Virus record (IMG/VR): IMGVR_UViG_3300024259_001989
DNA from: an uncultured virus (IMG/VR IMGVR_UViG_3300024259_001989)
Taxonomy: Duplodnaviria; Heunggongvirae; Uroviricota; Caudoviricetes
Strand: one strand, 5' to 3'
Length of the DNA stretch: 20,000 nt
Shown here: positions 7,942 through 17,255 of the stretch, piece after piece
How positions within the stretch are numbered: the first letter of the stretch is position 1
Layout of the letters: every line of letters begins with the position of its first letter
Notes under the pieces: model-generated
Database searches by the model: none
What the model was told of the DNA's origin: nothing
What the model saw: only the letters and a program-made list of their open reading frames with translations
Made by a program: the position numbers and the translations under genes

Positions 7942-8907
7942 ATGAATATTTTAATTACAGGTGTGGCGGGATCTTTAGGTTCTTTTCTTCTGGATTCACT
8001 TTTAGAAAAAGGCCATAGAGTTATTGGTATAGACAATTTATTGTGCGGCAAGATGGATAATATAGAACATAATATGACGCATGAAAGATTTGAATTTATC
8101 AAAGCAGATTTAATGAATTTTGATTATACTATTTTGCCTAAATTAGATTGCATATGTCACATGGCGGCTCTTAAAAAGATAGGGGACACCTCTACTTGGA
8201 AGAGGACGGAGCTGATGAAAAATAATTTTGCTATACAGAAGTTGCTAGATTTTGCTGTTCAAATAAATTGTAAAGTTGTTTTTGCTTCTACTTCTGATGT
8301 TTATGGGGTATCTGAAGATATCCCCTTTAAAGAAGATGGAGATCTTAGAATAGGCCCTTCGGATATATCTAGGTGGGACTATGCTGCTTCTAAATTATTT
8401 GATGAGCATATGTGTTTTTCGTATGCAGATGATTATGATTTACCAGTTGTTGTTATAAGGTATTTTGGAGCATACAGTGAAAGAGCAAATTATAAATATG
8501 GAGAGCATGTCCCATTATTTATTAAAAGAGCGTTGGATGGAGATCCGATTACTATACATGGAGATGGTCTTCATACTAGGAGTATGTGTCATGTTAGTGA
8601 TGCTATTCATGGTACGGTTTTAGCTATTGAGAGCAATAAAGCAAATAATCAAATTGTAAATATAGGGTCAGATGAAGAAGTATCTATTTTAGACACAGCT
8701 AAATTGATATGGAGATTTATTAATAAAGATGATGTTAAGTTAGAATTTATTCCTATGGAACAAGTTTTTGGAAAATATAAAGAAATTAAGAGAAGAGTTC
8801 CTGATCTTTCTAAGGCAAAAGAAATTCTTGGTTATGAACCTATGTTTTCTTTTGAAAATGGTTTGAAAGATATTATTGATAAAATTAAAAATAAGAGAAC
8901 GTTTTAG
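7942..8907 (+). CDS. extended SDR NAD-dependent epimerase/dehydratase, UDP-glucuronate decarboxylase (UXS/ArnA)-like
   Basis: ILITGVAGSLG (GxxGxxG), VFASTSDVYG, RWDYAASK (YxxxK), GDGLHTRS, RRVPD. Confidence 0.88.
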   Translation: MNILITGVAGSLGSFLLDSLLEKGHRVIGIDNLLCGKMDNIEHNMTHERFEFIKADLMNFDYTILPKLDCICHMAALKKIGDTSTWKRTELMKNNFAIQKLLDFAVQINCKVVFASTSDVYGVSEDIPFKEDGDLRIGPSDISRWDYAASKLFDEHMCFSYADDYDLPVVVIRYFGAYSERANYKYGEHVPLFIKRALDGDPITIHGDGLHTRSMCHVSDAIHGTVLAIESNKANNQIVNIGSDEEVSILDTAKLIWRFINKDDVKLEFIPMEQVFGKYKEIKRRVPDLSKAKEILGYEPMFSFENGLKDIIDKIKNKRTF

Positions 8908-8908
8908 T

Positions 8909-9883
8909 ATGAATAAAAATATTATTATATATGTATCTTCAAGAAACAACTACGACATGTTAGAAGGAGAAGTATTAAAAAATATTGATTTTGATGGTTT
9001 TGAGTTTATTAATGTAGATGATGGATCTTGTGAGGAAGAGGTAGAGAATGGCAAAAGAATATGTCAAAAAAATGATATAATTTTTTTACATAACAAATCT
9101 ACAGGTGTTCAATTTGCTACTCAGACTTTAATAGATTTTATTAATGAAAACAGAAAAGAATGCAAGTGGATTGTTTGTTTCCAACACGACAATCACCCTT
9201 TAACAAATAACTTTTTTGGAGAAATTGATAATCTTATTGGAGATAATAAATTAAATAGTTTTGGAGCTATTGGTTTTAATAACATAGATACAGGAAAGCG
9301 TTATACTAAAGACCATTATGAGAAGTGGAAGATGGGGGAAAGACCTCTTGGCATGATAGGGATAAATGTTTTTGGTAGTGGTCCTGATAGATTTATATGC
9401 AGCGGTAAGGATAAGGTGGCTATCAATAACTATCAAGCCTGGAAGTTACCCTTTATTATCGAATTCCCTATGTGGGCATCAGTTGGTATTAACATTGATA
9501 AATGGAATGGGTTTGTAAAACCTACAACGGATTATGAGTTTCATTTATGGTTTATTGATATAATGATGCAATTGAATATTAATAACAGTCCCTGTATAGT
9601 TATGCCAGATTTATATTGTATGAATGATCAATCATCAAAAAGGAAATATAATATTCCAGCTAATTCAGCTAAATATGCTCGCAAAGGGGATTTTTATCAT
9701 TTTGGTTCATATGGGCCTCATCTTAAGAATTTTAAAAAAAGATGGGGATGGGATTACGAAAAAGGAAGAGAAAGTTTAGAGAAAGTTATTGTAAGGTATA
9801 AAGACACATTGATAGAACAATTTTACAATAATGATATATCTAAGACTAAAAAACCTTTAAAGATTTATAATTTTAACTATTAG
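8909..9883 (+). CDS. GT2-like glycosyltransferase
   Basis: ATG at 8909, 1 nt after the upstream TAG, preferred over 8876. IIIYVSSRN, FINVDDGS and CFQHD (DxD equivalent) motifs. Confidence 0.7.
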   Translation: MNKNIIIYVSSRNNYDMLEGEVLKNIDFDGFEFINVDDGSCEEEVENGKRICQKNDIIFLHNKSTGVQFATQTLIDFINENRKECKWIVCFQHDNHPLTNNFFGEIDNLIGDNKLNSFGAIGFNNIDTGKRYTKDHYEKWKMGERPLGMIGINVFGSGPDRFICSGKDKVAINNYQAWKLPFIIEFPMWASVGINIDKWNGFVKPTTDYEFHLWFIDIMMQLNINNSPCIVMPDLYCMNDQSSKRKYNIPANSAKYARKGDFYHFGSYGPHLKNFKKRWGWDYEKGRESLEKVIVRYKDTLIEQFYNNDISKTKKPLKIYNFNY

Positions 9884-9891
9884 GATATATA

Positions 9892-10830
9892 ATGAGAAGA
9901 ATAATTTGTATAACACCAATCGAGCATATAGAGGGGGCATTTTCTGAGTTAGATAATAAGGGCCAATTATTTTATCTTCCCTATATTAATAAATCAGATC
10001 TTAGAAAAAAAATAATAAAAGAAGAAATAGATACTATTTTTACCAATCCTAATAAGCAGATATTTAAAATTGATGGGTATTTATTAACAGGAACTAACGT
10101 TAAAACTATTTGCACTGCATCTACAGGGACTAATCATATAGCAATGGATTACTGTAAAATTAATGGAATAGAGGTTTTATCTTTAACTAAAGACTATGAT
10201 ATTATTAAGACTATAACATCTACGGCAGAAATGGCTTTCACTTTAATGCTTGCTCTTATCAGGAATCTGCCTAATGCAGTTAAAAGTGCTAGTGAGTGTG
10301 ATTGGGATTATGAGAAGTATATAGGTAGGCAATTAGATCATCTGACAGTTGGCATAATCGGATATGGAAGGTTGGGAAAACATTATGCAAGATTTTGTGA
10401 TCCATTTTTTAAGCAAATTCTTATTACAGATCCTTATGAAACGGCAGGTTTTAATAGATGCTTGAAAGTTGATTTTGATCGTTTGTTGAAGGAGTCAGAT
10501 GTTATTGCTCTTCATGTTCATCTTAATAAGGAAACTTATCATATGATCGATAAAGAGGCAATAAGTAAAATGAAAGATGAAGCTTATTTGGTTAACACTT
10601 CAAGAGGAGATATAGTTGACGAGCACGCTGTAATAAAAGCTGTTAGGAATGGTAAGTTGAAAGGTTATGCTACTGATGTAATATCTGATGAATTAAATGA
10701 CGATGTAAGTAATAGTGAATTAATAAAAGCAATGAATGAGGGATTGGATATTATTATAAGTCCTCATATTGCTGGAATGACTAAAGAAGCTCAAGAAATA
10801 GCTTATTTAAATTCTATAAGAAAACTTTAA
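9892..10830 (+). CDS. D-isomer-specific 2-hydroxyacid dehydrogenase (SerA-like, no ACT domain)
   Basis: TASTGTNHI, STAEM, TVGIIGYGRLG (Rossmann), LVNTSRG (Arg), DVISDE (Glu), SPHIAG (His). Confidence 0.9.
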   Translation: MRRIICITPIEHIEGAFSELDNKGQLFYLPYINKSDLRKKIIKEEIDTIFTNPNKQIFKIDGYLLTGTNVKTICTASTGTNHIAMDYCKINGIEVLSLTKDYDIIKTITSTAEMAFTLMLALIRNLPNAVKSASECDWDYEKYIGRQLDHLTVGIIGYGRLGKHYARFCDPFFKQILITDPYETAGFNRCLKVDFDRLLKESDVIALHVHLNKETYHMIDKEAISKMKDEAYLVNTSRGDIVDEHAVIKAVRNGKLKGYATDVISDELNDDVSNSELIKAMNEGLDIIISPHIAGMTKEAQEIAYLNSIRKL

Positions 10831-11708
10831 TGATTAAAACAAATAAAACTATTATACATATATCCATGAAAAGAAGTGGTTGTAATGCTATTTCTAGATT
10901 TTTATATCGTTTATATGATGATCCTAAATTTGCTATTGGTGGTAAGAGGGTTCGTATTTGTAATGGGAAAGAACGTCTATCATCTTTTAAGAAAATAGTA
11001 TCGAGTGACCATGGATATGATCCTAAATTTTATAATCTTTTTAATTATAAAATTGTAAATAATCGTCCTGATTATTTGTTTGTTGAACGTCATGATCATA
11101 CTAACTTAATGCTTTTAAGGTATGAAGATATTTCCATAAATGGAGATTATTTTTATTGTGATAATATATATAATTGGGATGTTGCTGTTGGCCAGTGTAG
11201 TGATGTTACTTTTGTTTTGTCTATGCGAGATCCTTTCAATATGATGTCGAGTGTTATTAATCATAAAAAGTTATTTAATCCGAAAAAGTATAATAAAAAA
11301 AGTAAGAAAAAATCATTAAGGAAAGTTCTTTCAAGATTGGCCAAATGGAAGCAACATGCTAATGAATTTTTGGGAAAAACTAATTATTTACCTAATGATA
11401 AAATATTCATTAATTATAATGAATGGGTTGTGAACCAGGATTATAGAAATGGTATAGCATCAAAGTTTAATAATAATTGTGATGATAGTGAATGGAATAT
11501 TTTATCTCCTGATGGAGGTGGGAGTACATTTGATAAAATGAATTGCCAGGATGTCTGTCAAATGGATATTTTTAATAGATGGAAAGTTTGTGTAAAAGAT
11601 GAACTAAAATTTGATATTTTTAGGGAGATTTTTAAAGATAAAGAAATTATTAATTTAAGTTCCCAAATTTTTGGGCATATTGATGGTACGGAGATTTTTT
11701 ATGAGTGA
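10830..11708 (+). CDS. sulfotransferase-like P-loop protein
   Basis: HISMKRSGCNAI resembles the 5'-PSB loop (RSG); SMRDPFNMMSS resembles the 3'-PB motif (RDP-x4/5-S); late INYNEW and RW motifs; TAATG coupling. Confidence 0.6.
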   Translation: MIKTNKTIIHISMKRSGCNAISRFLYRLYDDPKFAIGGKRVRICNGKERLSSFKKIVSSDHGYDPKFYNLFNYKIVNNRPDYLFVERHDHTNLMLLRYEDISINGDYFYCDNIYNWDVAVGQCSDVTFVLSMRDPFNMMSSVINHKKLFNPKKYNKKSKKKSLRKVLSRLAKWKQHANEFLGKTNYLPNDKIFINYNEWVVNQDYRNGIASKFNNNCDDSEWNILSPDGGGSTFDKMNCQDVCQMDIFNRWKVCVKDELKFDIFREIFKDKEIINLSSQIFGHIDGTEIFYE

Positions 11709-12318
11709 AAAAGAATTAAATACTAATGAAGATTTTGTAGATTACTGGAAAAAATTTAATACAGATGGATATCAAAAAAATATATCTAAAAAGAAATTGC
11801 TTCGTAAGAATTCTAAAGAGCTTGTAAGAGTTTGTAATGATTTCGAGATATTGAAAGATGAAATTGATATATTTGAGATAGGTTGTGGATGTGCAAGAAA
11901 TCTTTATTATATGTGGAATAGTAATAAAAATATTAATATTCATGGTAACGATTTAATTAGGGAAGAGTGTTTTAAGTATATGAAAGAGGAAATTAAACCT
12001 ATCATTGATTTTAAAGAAATAGATACTTTTAGATTAATTGATCAGAATAACATTTCTATAGATTTATTTATTTCTTCAGATCATTTAATGCATCTAGAGC
12101 CGAATACTTCCAAATTGGTTTTGGAAAGTATAGTTCATAAATGGAAACCTGGTTATATTTTATTAAGGGAATCACTTGTTGACAGATTAAATAAGGGTGT
12201 TAAAAAATTTAAAATAGATTATAGCATTATTAAAGAAAAGTACGATATTTTATATGAAGAAAAGAGCATCAATGACTCTTCTTATATAATCGTTTTGGGA
12301 AAAATTAAAAATGATTAA
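11701..12318 (+). CDS. class I SAM-dependent methyltransferase
   Basis: ATG at 11701 (GGAG upstream, 8-bp overlap) preferred over 11671. IFEIGCGCARNL, IHGND, DLFISSDHLMHL. Confidence 0.8.
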   Translation: MSEKELNTNEDFVDYWKKFNTDGYQKNISKKKLLRKNSKELVRVCNDFEILKDEIDIFEIGCGCARNLYYMWNSNKNINIHGNDLIREECFKYMKEEIKPIIDFKEIDTFRLIDQNNISIDLFISSDHLMHLEPNTSKLVLESIVHKWKPGYILLRESLVDRLNKGVKKFKIDYSIIKEKYDILYEEKSINDSSYIIVLGKIKND

Positions 12319-13006
12319 CGGGAAAAGAGTATTAGCTATAACTTTAGCGAGAGGTGGTTCTGAAAAAATAAAGAAGAAAAATATCGCAGATATTAATGGG
12401 AAGCCTTTGTTGCAGTACACAACAGATGAAGTTAAAAAGAGCAAATATGTAGATGCTTATGTTGTTTCAACTGATGACGAAGAGATAATAAATGTTTGTA
12501 AAAAAATAGGCGTATCATATTTTAGGAGAGGTGAAGAGTTCGCTTCCAGTACGGCAACTTCTGCTGATGCTCTTATTGAGATAGCTAAGCCTTCTTCTGA
12601 TAAATTTTATTATATTGTAGAGGTGATGTGCACGAATCCCCTGAAGACAGTGGATGACATAGACGGTTGTATAGAAAAGATCGATCAGACGGAAGCTGAT
12701 TCAGTTGTGGCTATTAATAGGATATGGGACAATCATCCATCGAGGGTGAAGTATATCGAAGATGATTTACTGAAGGATTTTTATCCAGAAGTGCCTGAAA
12801 GTAGAAGGCAAGATCTGATTCCTGCTGCTTATGTCAGAAGTGGTTCCGTTTATGTCACAATTCTGAAGAATTTAATTGAATTTAGGACTAGATTAAGCGG
12901 CACAGTTAGACCATACGTTATACCAGAAGACAGAATTATAAATATAGATGAGCCAAATGATTTAAAAATGGCTAGAATATTGTTAGGAGATGAATCTATT
13001 GAGTAA
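12311..13006 (+). CDS. neuA: acylneuraminate (nonulosonic acid) cytidylyltransferase
   Basis: LAITLARGGSEKIKKKNI, GKPLL, VVSTDD, TNPL, RRQDL, SGSVY, INIDEPNDL. Confidence 0.92.
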   Translation: MINGKRVLAITLARGGSEKIKKKNIADINGKPLLQYTTDEVKKSKYVDAYVVSTDDEEIINVCKKIGVSYFRRGEEFASSTATSADALIEIAKPSSDKFYYIVEVMCTNPLKTVDDIDGCIEKIDQTEADSVVAINRIWDNHPSRVKYIEDDLLKDFYPEVPESRRQDLIPAAYVRSGSVYVTILKNLIEFRTRLSGTVRPYVIPEDRIINIDEPNDLKMARILLGDESIE

Positions 13007-13871
13007 TAAATTTATAGTGATAAACTCTAGGAGTTATGGTTTATTTTCAAATTTTTTACATACTCTTCAACATTTATATTTATCGGAAGTAAGAAAAAGA
13101 ATTCCCATAGTAGATTGGAGGATATGTTGGTATCGTCAGGAAGAACCTTATTTCGGTGTTAAAGCAAATGTTTGGGAATATTATTTTGAACCTGTCTCTT
13201 CTTATAGAATGGAGGATATAGATCAAGAAAAAGATCACGTAAAACATGTTCATAAATATATTAAAGGAAGAAGAATTCATGAAGAACCAGAAGGTTGCTG
13301 GGACTATCAGCATTCTCCTCCTACTGATTGTCTTTATTCTCCGAGTTATGAGGCTAGATCGTTTGTAAATTCTTTAATTAAAAAATATGTTAAAATAAAA
13401 CCTAGAATTCAAAAAAGGGTAGATGTTTTTTATAAAAATAATATGGAAGGACATAAAATTCTCGGAATACATATTAGGGGGTGCAGAGATGTAGCTGATG
13501 AGGCGAGACCACATCCTTTAAATAAATATGTTAAAAGAATAAGAAAATATTTGTCTGACGACTTGGATGCTAGAGTTTTTATAGCTACTGATTATGAACC
13601 ATATTTACAATATTTTATAAATATATTTAAAGATAAAGTAATTTTTTGCGATAGTCTCAGATCTTCAAGTGGTTTTAGTGCTGTGTGTGGTTTTAAAACA
13701 GGTAGATCATCTAAAAATAGAGGAGGACCAATACCTGGAGAAGAGGTAATAATTGAAGCTAGTCTTTTATCTAAATGTGATTTATTTTTTCATAGTGATT
13801 CTCAGGTTTCAAGTACAGTTTTATATCTCAACCCAGAGTTGCCTCATAAACGTTTTAAGAAAGGAAAATAA
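12990..13871 (+). CDS. NodZ/GT23-like fucosyltransferase-fold glycosyltransferase
   Basis: GLFSNF, NVWEYYFEPV, LGIHIRG (motif I), VFIATD (motif II), EASLLSKCDLFFHSDSQVS (motif III). TTG at 12999 is an alternative start with better AGGAG spacing. Confidence 0.8.
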   Translation: MNLLSNKFIVINSRSYGLFSNFLHTLQHLYLSEVRKRIPIVDWRICWYRQEEPYFGVKANVWEYYFEPVSSYRMEDIDQEKDHVKHVHKYIKGRRIHEEPEGCWDYQHSPPTDCLYSPSYEARSFVNSLIKKYVKIKPRIQKRVDVFYKNNMEGHKILGIHIRGCRDVADEARPHPLNKYVKRIRKYLSDDLDARVFIATDYEPYLQYFINIFKDKVIFCDSLRSSSGFSAVCGFKTGRSSKNRGGPIPGEEVIIEASLLSKCDLFFHSDSQVSSTVLYLNPELPHKRFKKGK

Positions 13872-13872
13872 A

Positions 13873-14556
13873 ATGGAGAATATACACGAAGCGATAAAAG
13901 ATCCCTATATGGATGTAGATATAAGTTTATTAGTTTCTTCTAAGAGTTATGAAGATTTTTTAAAATTATATAATAGTCTAATATCATCATCTACGAGCAT
14001 AAAGCATGTTGAAATATTAGTTAAGGTCGATGATTCTGACGAGCGATATTTAAGACTATTGGACGACAGCCCATTTCAATTTAAGATATTAAGTTACCCG
14101 CCTTATTACAAGAGATACTCTAGTCATAATTTTTTCAACGATTTAGGTCGGATTTCTAGTGGGCAGTTGATATGGCCTCTCTATGAAGATTGCAGCATTA
14201 TTAAAGGAGATTGGTATAATTGTTTGATGAAGTATGTCGATAGTAATTTATACAAGGATAATATTTTTAATATAGCTATTCCCATGGATAACGGTAAGGG
14301 GTGTAAGCAAATATGTGGCGCAAATATCGTAACAAAGCAATGGGTTGATTTTTTTGGAATTTTATCTCCTTTTCCTAATCTTGATAGGTGGCTATCGGAG
14401 TTGTCAAGAAAAATTGGTAGATATGTTGGTTTAAGTGAAGATAAATTGCTTTCTCATTTTCCGAAGGGGCATAGAACATTAAGCAAGCAACAGAGAAAAG
14501 ATTTGTTTTATCCTTCACTAGAGAAATATATCAATAAATTTAAAAATAGAGGTTAG
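13873..14556 (+). CDS. GT2-like (GT-A) glycosyltransferase
   Basis: ATG at 13873, just after the upstream TAA, preferred over 13753. ISLLVSS, VEILVKVDDSD, degenerate acidic motif LYED, LDRWLSELSRKIGR. Confidence 0.6.
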   Translation: MENIHEAIKDPYMDVDISLLVSSKSYEDFLKLYNSLISSSTSIKHVEILVKVDDSDERYLRLLDDSPFQFKILSYPPYYKRYSSHNFFNDLGRISSGQLIWPLYEDCSIIKGDWYNCLMKYVDSNLYKDNIFNIAIPMDNGKGCKQICGANIVTKQWVDFFGILSPFPNLDRWLSELSRKIGRYVGLSEDKLLSHFPKGHRTLSKQQRKDLFYPSLEKYINKFKNRG

Positions 14557-14557
14557 T

Positions 14558-15349
14558 ATGAAAAAAGTTAAGTTAATAGCAGAATTAGGTTGGAATCATA
14601 TGGGAGATATCTCTATTGCTAAAGATATGGTATCCGCAGCGAAGGAGTCTGGCGCAGATTATGCTAAGTTTCAGACATGGAAAGTTGATAGATTAATAGA
14701 TGGCCCGTGGGATACAGATGGCAGAAGAGAGATATACAACAAAGCAGAATTGACTAGAGAAAAGCATCAGATCATGAAGGAGTATTGTGACTCAATAGGA
14801 ATTAAGTTTTTAACTTCCTGTTTCTGCGTTGATGATATAGATCTAGTTAGAGAGTTCTGTAACGAAGTTAAAATACCTAGCCCAGAGGCATATAATAATA
14901 ATCTACTAGAGCAAGCCATAGAAAAATTTGATCATGTTTATTTGTCTACAGGAGCATCTAATGTAGAAGAATATATTAGATGGGCTTCTAACGATAACGT
15001 TACATTATTGCACTGCGTTTCTTCTTACCCTTGTAACTTAGAGAATATCAATCTTCCTAAAATGAAATTCTTACAAGCTATAACTCCAAGAGTTGGATAT
15101 AGCGGGCATCTATCGGGTATTAATGATGCAAAGGCAGCTATTTGTATGGGAGCTACTGTTGTTGAAAAACATCTTACTACTAATCACGATTTGCCAGGAA
15201 GAGATAATAAGTTTGCTATTCTTCCTAATGAGTTTAAACAAATAAAAGATTTTCTTAATGACTATGAATCTATGATGATCGATCATGGTCTACTAATGCA
15301 GGATTGCGAGAATAATTATAGGACATATCAGAAAGGAAGATGGGGCTAA
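14558..15349 (+). CDS. neuB: N-acetylneuraminate/nonulosonic acid synthase family, short form lacking the C-terminal AFP-like/SAF domain
   Basis: LIAELGWNHMGD, GADYAKFQ, LSTG, LLHCVSSYP, VGYSGH, VEKHLT, GRD; only 263 aa; GAGG upstream. Confidence 0.9.
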   Translation: MKKVKLIAELGWNHMGDISIAKDMVSAAKESGADYAKFQTWKVDRLIDGPWDTDGRREIYNKAELTREKHQIMKEYCDSIGIKFLTSCFCVDDIDLVREFCNEVKIPSPEAYNNNLLEQAIEKFDHVYLSTGASNVEEYIRWASNDNVTLLHCVSSYPCNLENINLPKMKFLQAITPRVGYSGHLSGINDAKAAICMGATVVEKHLTTNHDLPGRDNKFAILPNEFKQIKDFLNDYESMMIDHGLLMQDCENNYRTYQKGRWG

Positions 15350-15996
15350 TGGGCAACAGGACACTTATAACTATTCTAACATGGAATAGACTAAACGTTA
15401 CTAAGGCAACTTTAAGAACTTTATTTAAAAATAATGGTAAAGATGTTGATCTTTTATTTATAGACAATGGATCAACAGATGGGACTGTTGAATATTTAGA
15501 AGGCAAGGGGTACGAGGTTATAAAGAATAAAACTAATGAGGGGATATTTAATGCTTCGACAAAAGCGTGGAAAGAAGGAGTGAAAAAGGGATACGATTAT
15601 ATTCTAAATTTGCAAAATGATTTTCCATGCACAAGGCCTATTCCATTTAAAGAGATGGAAGAGTATATGGATAACAATACAGATGTAGGTTTGATAAGGT
15701 TGAATAAAAAGAAAGATAAAAAGAAAAACATCGTAACTGGGGCAAAGATTAGATACAAGAATGCAGAGAATATTGGTTCTTACACTTTGGCCAAAAATAA
15801 TTACCATGCTGGTTTTAACCCTGCTTTGATTAGGGCTACTATCATTGATAAATTTTCGGAATATGATGGAGATAATCCTAGAGAACGTATTCTTATGAAT
15901 AACTATAATGCTTTAGGTTTGCAATGTGCTAAGTTGATGCCAGAAGTATTTGACACTTTAAAACAGAATCATAGAGTGGAAGGTTGGAAGCACTAA
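15349..15996 (+). CDS. GT2 glycosyltransferase
   Basis: ITILTWNR, FIDNGSTDGT, NEG, ILNLQND. ATG at 15349 (TAATG overlap) preferred; 15340 is an alternative. Confidence 0.85.
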   Translation: MGNRTLITILTWNRLNVTKATLRTLFKNNGKDVDLLFIDNGSTDGTVEYLEGKGYEVIKNKTNEGIFNASTKAWKEGVKKGYDYILNLQNDFPCTRPIPFKEMEEYMDNNTDVGLIRLNKKKDKKKNIVTGAKIRYKNAENIGSYTLAKNNYHAGFNPALIRATIIDKFSEYDGDNPRERILMNNYNALGLQCAKLMPEVFDTLKQNHRVEGWKH

Positions 15997-16739
15997 TGAC
16001 ATGCACTAGCGAAAATAGAATTCTTGAGGAATGTAAAAAGTCTGATACAATTATTATTTATGGCTGCGGTTCTTCTATCAATGATATAACAGATATGGAG
16101 TATCATACATTGAGACAGTTTGATAGTTGCGCTTTTAATTGGTTTTGTTTCTCAGGCATACCTACTACATATTACATAGTTAGAGAGCAAGCCAATATAG
16201 AGAAAAGAATTAATGGACAAGAAACACCAGATAATTTTTATGATTATATGAATCATGATTATAAAAATAGCTGTTTATTAATACATGATATTTCTCACCA
16301 TTCTCCTAATGCTCATAATTACTCTGATCATGAGAATAGTTCTAGATTTAAGAGCGAAAAAATTATTTTGAGAGATAAAAAATTAAAAGGCAATGATCCA
16401 GGAGTTAAGCAGTGGAGAGATAGTAGCATTTTTAGTTCAGGATTATTTCATGGAAAATGCACTTTAACTAATGCTTTGCACTTTGCTGTATGGATGAAAT
16501 ATAAGAAGATTATTTTTGTAGGTGTTGATCTATATGACTCAAGATATTTTTGGCTAAAGGATAATGAGACGAGGCATACTGTAGCTCATAAAAAGCAGAC
16601 TATGAACTCAAGACATCAAACGGCTAAGGACGCTATAGGATTAGTTAAGTCAGTTAAAAAATATTATCCTAAAATAAAAATGTATACGTATAATAAAAAA
16701 TCGTTATTGTCTAATGTAATAGGAGTATGGGATGGCTAA
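15996..16739 (+). CDS. DUF115/Maf/GT42-like protein, candidate nonulosonic-acid transferase
   Basis: IIIYGCGSSI (cf. IxGxGPS), CAFN, TLTNALHFAVWMKYKKIIFVGVDL (cf. A..MG.K.I.L.G.D). ATG at 15996 by TAATG overlap. Confidence 0.65.
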   Translation: MTCTSENRILEECKKSDTIIIYGCGSSINDITDMEYHTLRQFDSCAFNWFCFSGIPTTYYIVREQANIEKRINGQETPDNFYDYMNHDYKNSCLLIHDISHHSPNAHNYSDHENSSRFKSEKIILRDKKLKGNDPGVKQWRDSSIFSSGLFHGKCTLTNALHFAVWMKYKKIIFVGVDLYDSRYFWLKDNETRHTVAHKKQTMNSRHQTAKDAIGLVKSVKKYYPKIKMYTYNKKSLLSNVIGVWDG

Positions 16740-17253
16740 GCCTAGAAATAAAAGATATTCTTATATCCTCAAACATCTTTTAAATTTAAAAGTAAAACCA
16801 GGTTCAACTATAATTGATTGTGCGTGTGGAGATGGGTACGGATCTAGTATCTTAAATTCTGCTGGCATGTATGTAATTGGTTATGACATATCTGAAAAAT
16901 TAGTATGTGATGCTATCTGTAGAGATGTAGAAGCAGATATTGCTAATATTTGTAGTCTTCCATGTGAAGATGCAGAAGCTGATGTTTTTGTTTGTTCGGA
17001 AACCTTAGAGCATCTAAGTAAGAAGAATTTAAAAAAAGCTATTAGTGAAATAAAAAGAGCCACTAAAAAAAATGGAATTATTTGTATCACTGTTCCATCA
17101 GATCCTAAGTTATGTATGAGAAATAAGAATCATAAACAATATTTATCTCGAACAGATCTGGAGAATCTTTTTAACGATTGTGGGCTATTGTTTCATGGTG
17201 AGTTTTGTAAAAAGCCAGGAAAATGTAATACAGTTGTTTTTTTTAGAAAATAA
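16732..17253 (+). CDS. class I SAM-dependent methyltransferase (Methyltransf_11-like)
   Basis: IIDCACGDGYGS, IGYDIS, DVFVCSETLEHL, KNGIICITVP; AGGAG upstream. Confidence 0.88.
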   Translation: MAKPRNKRYSYILKHLLNLKVKPGSTIIDCACGDGYGSSILNSAGMYVIGYDISEKLVCDAICRDVEADIANICSLPCEDAEADVFVCSETLEHLSKKNLKKAISEIKRATKKNGIICITVPSDPKLCMRNKNHKQYLSRTDLENLFNDCGLLFHGEFCKKPGKCNTVVFFRK

Positions 17254-17255
17254 AT

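Noticed and set aside
9892..10830. Housekeeping serA call
   Set aside because: No ACT domain and embedded in a glycan cluster; only a family-level assignment is supported.
10918..11030. 14-bp direct repeat ATGATCCTAAATTT (10918-10931, 11017-11030)
   Set aside because: Only two AT-rich copies inside an intact ORF (DPKF twice); no array, target-site duplication or element structure.
13753..13872. Hydrophobic N-terminal extension (possible membrane anchor) on the 13753..14556 ORF
   Set aside because: It overlaps the upstream gene by about 120 bp from a non-ATG start. The ATG at 13873 right after the stop is far more plausible.
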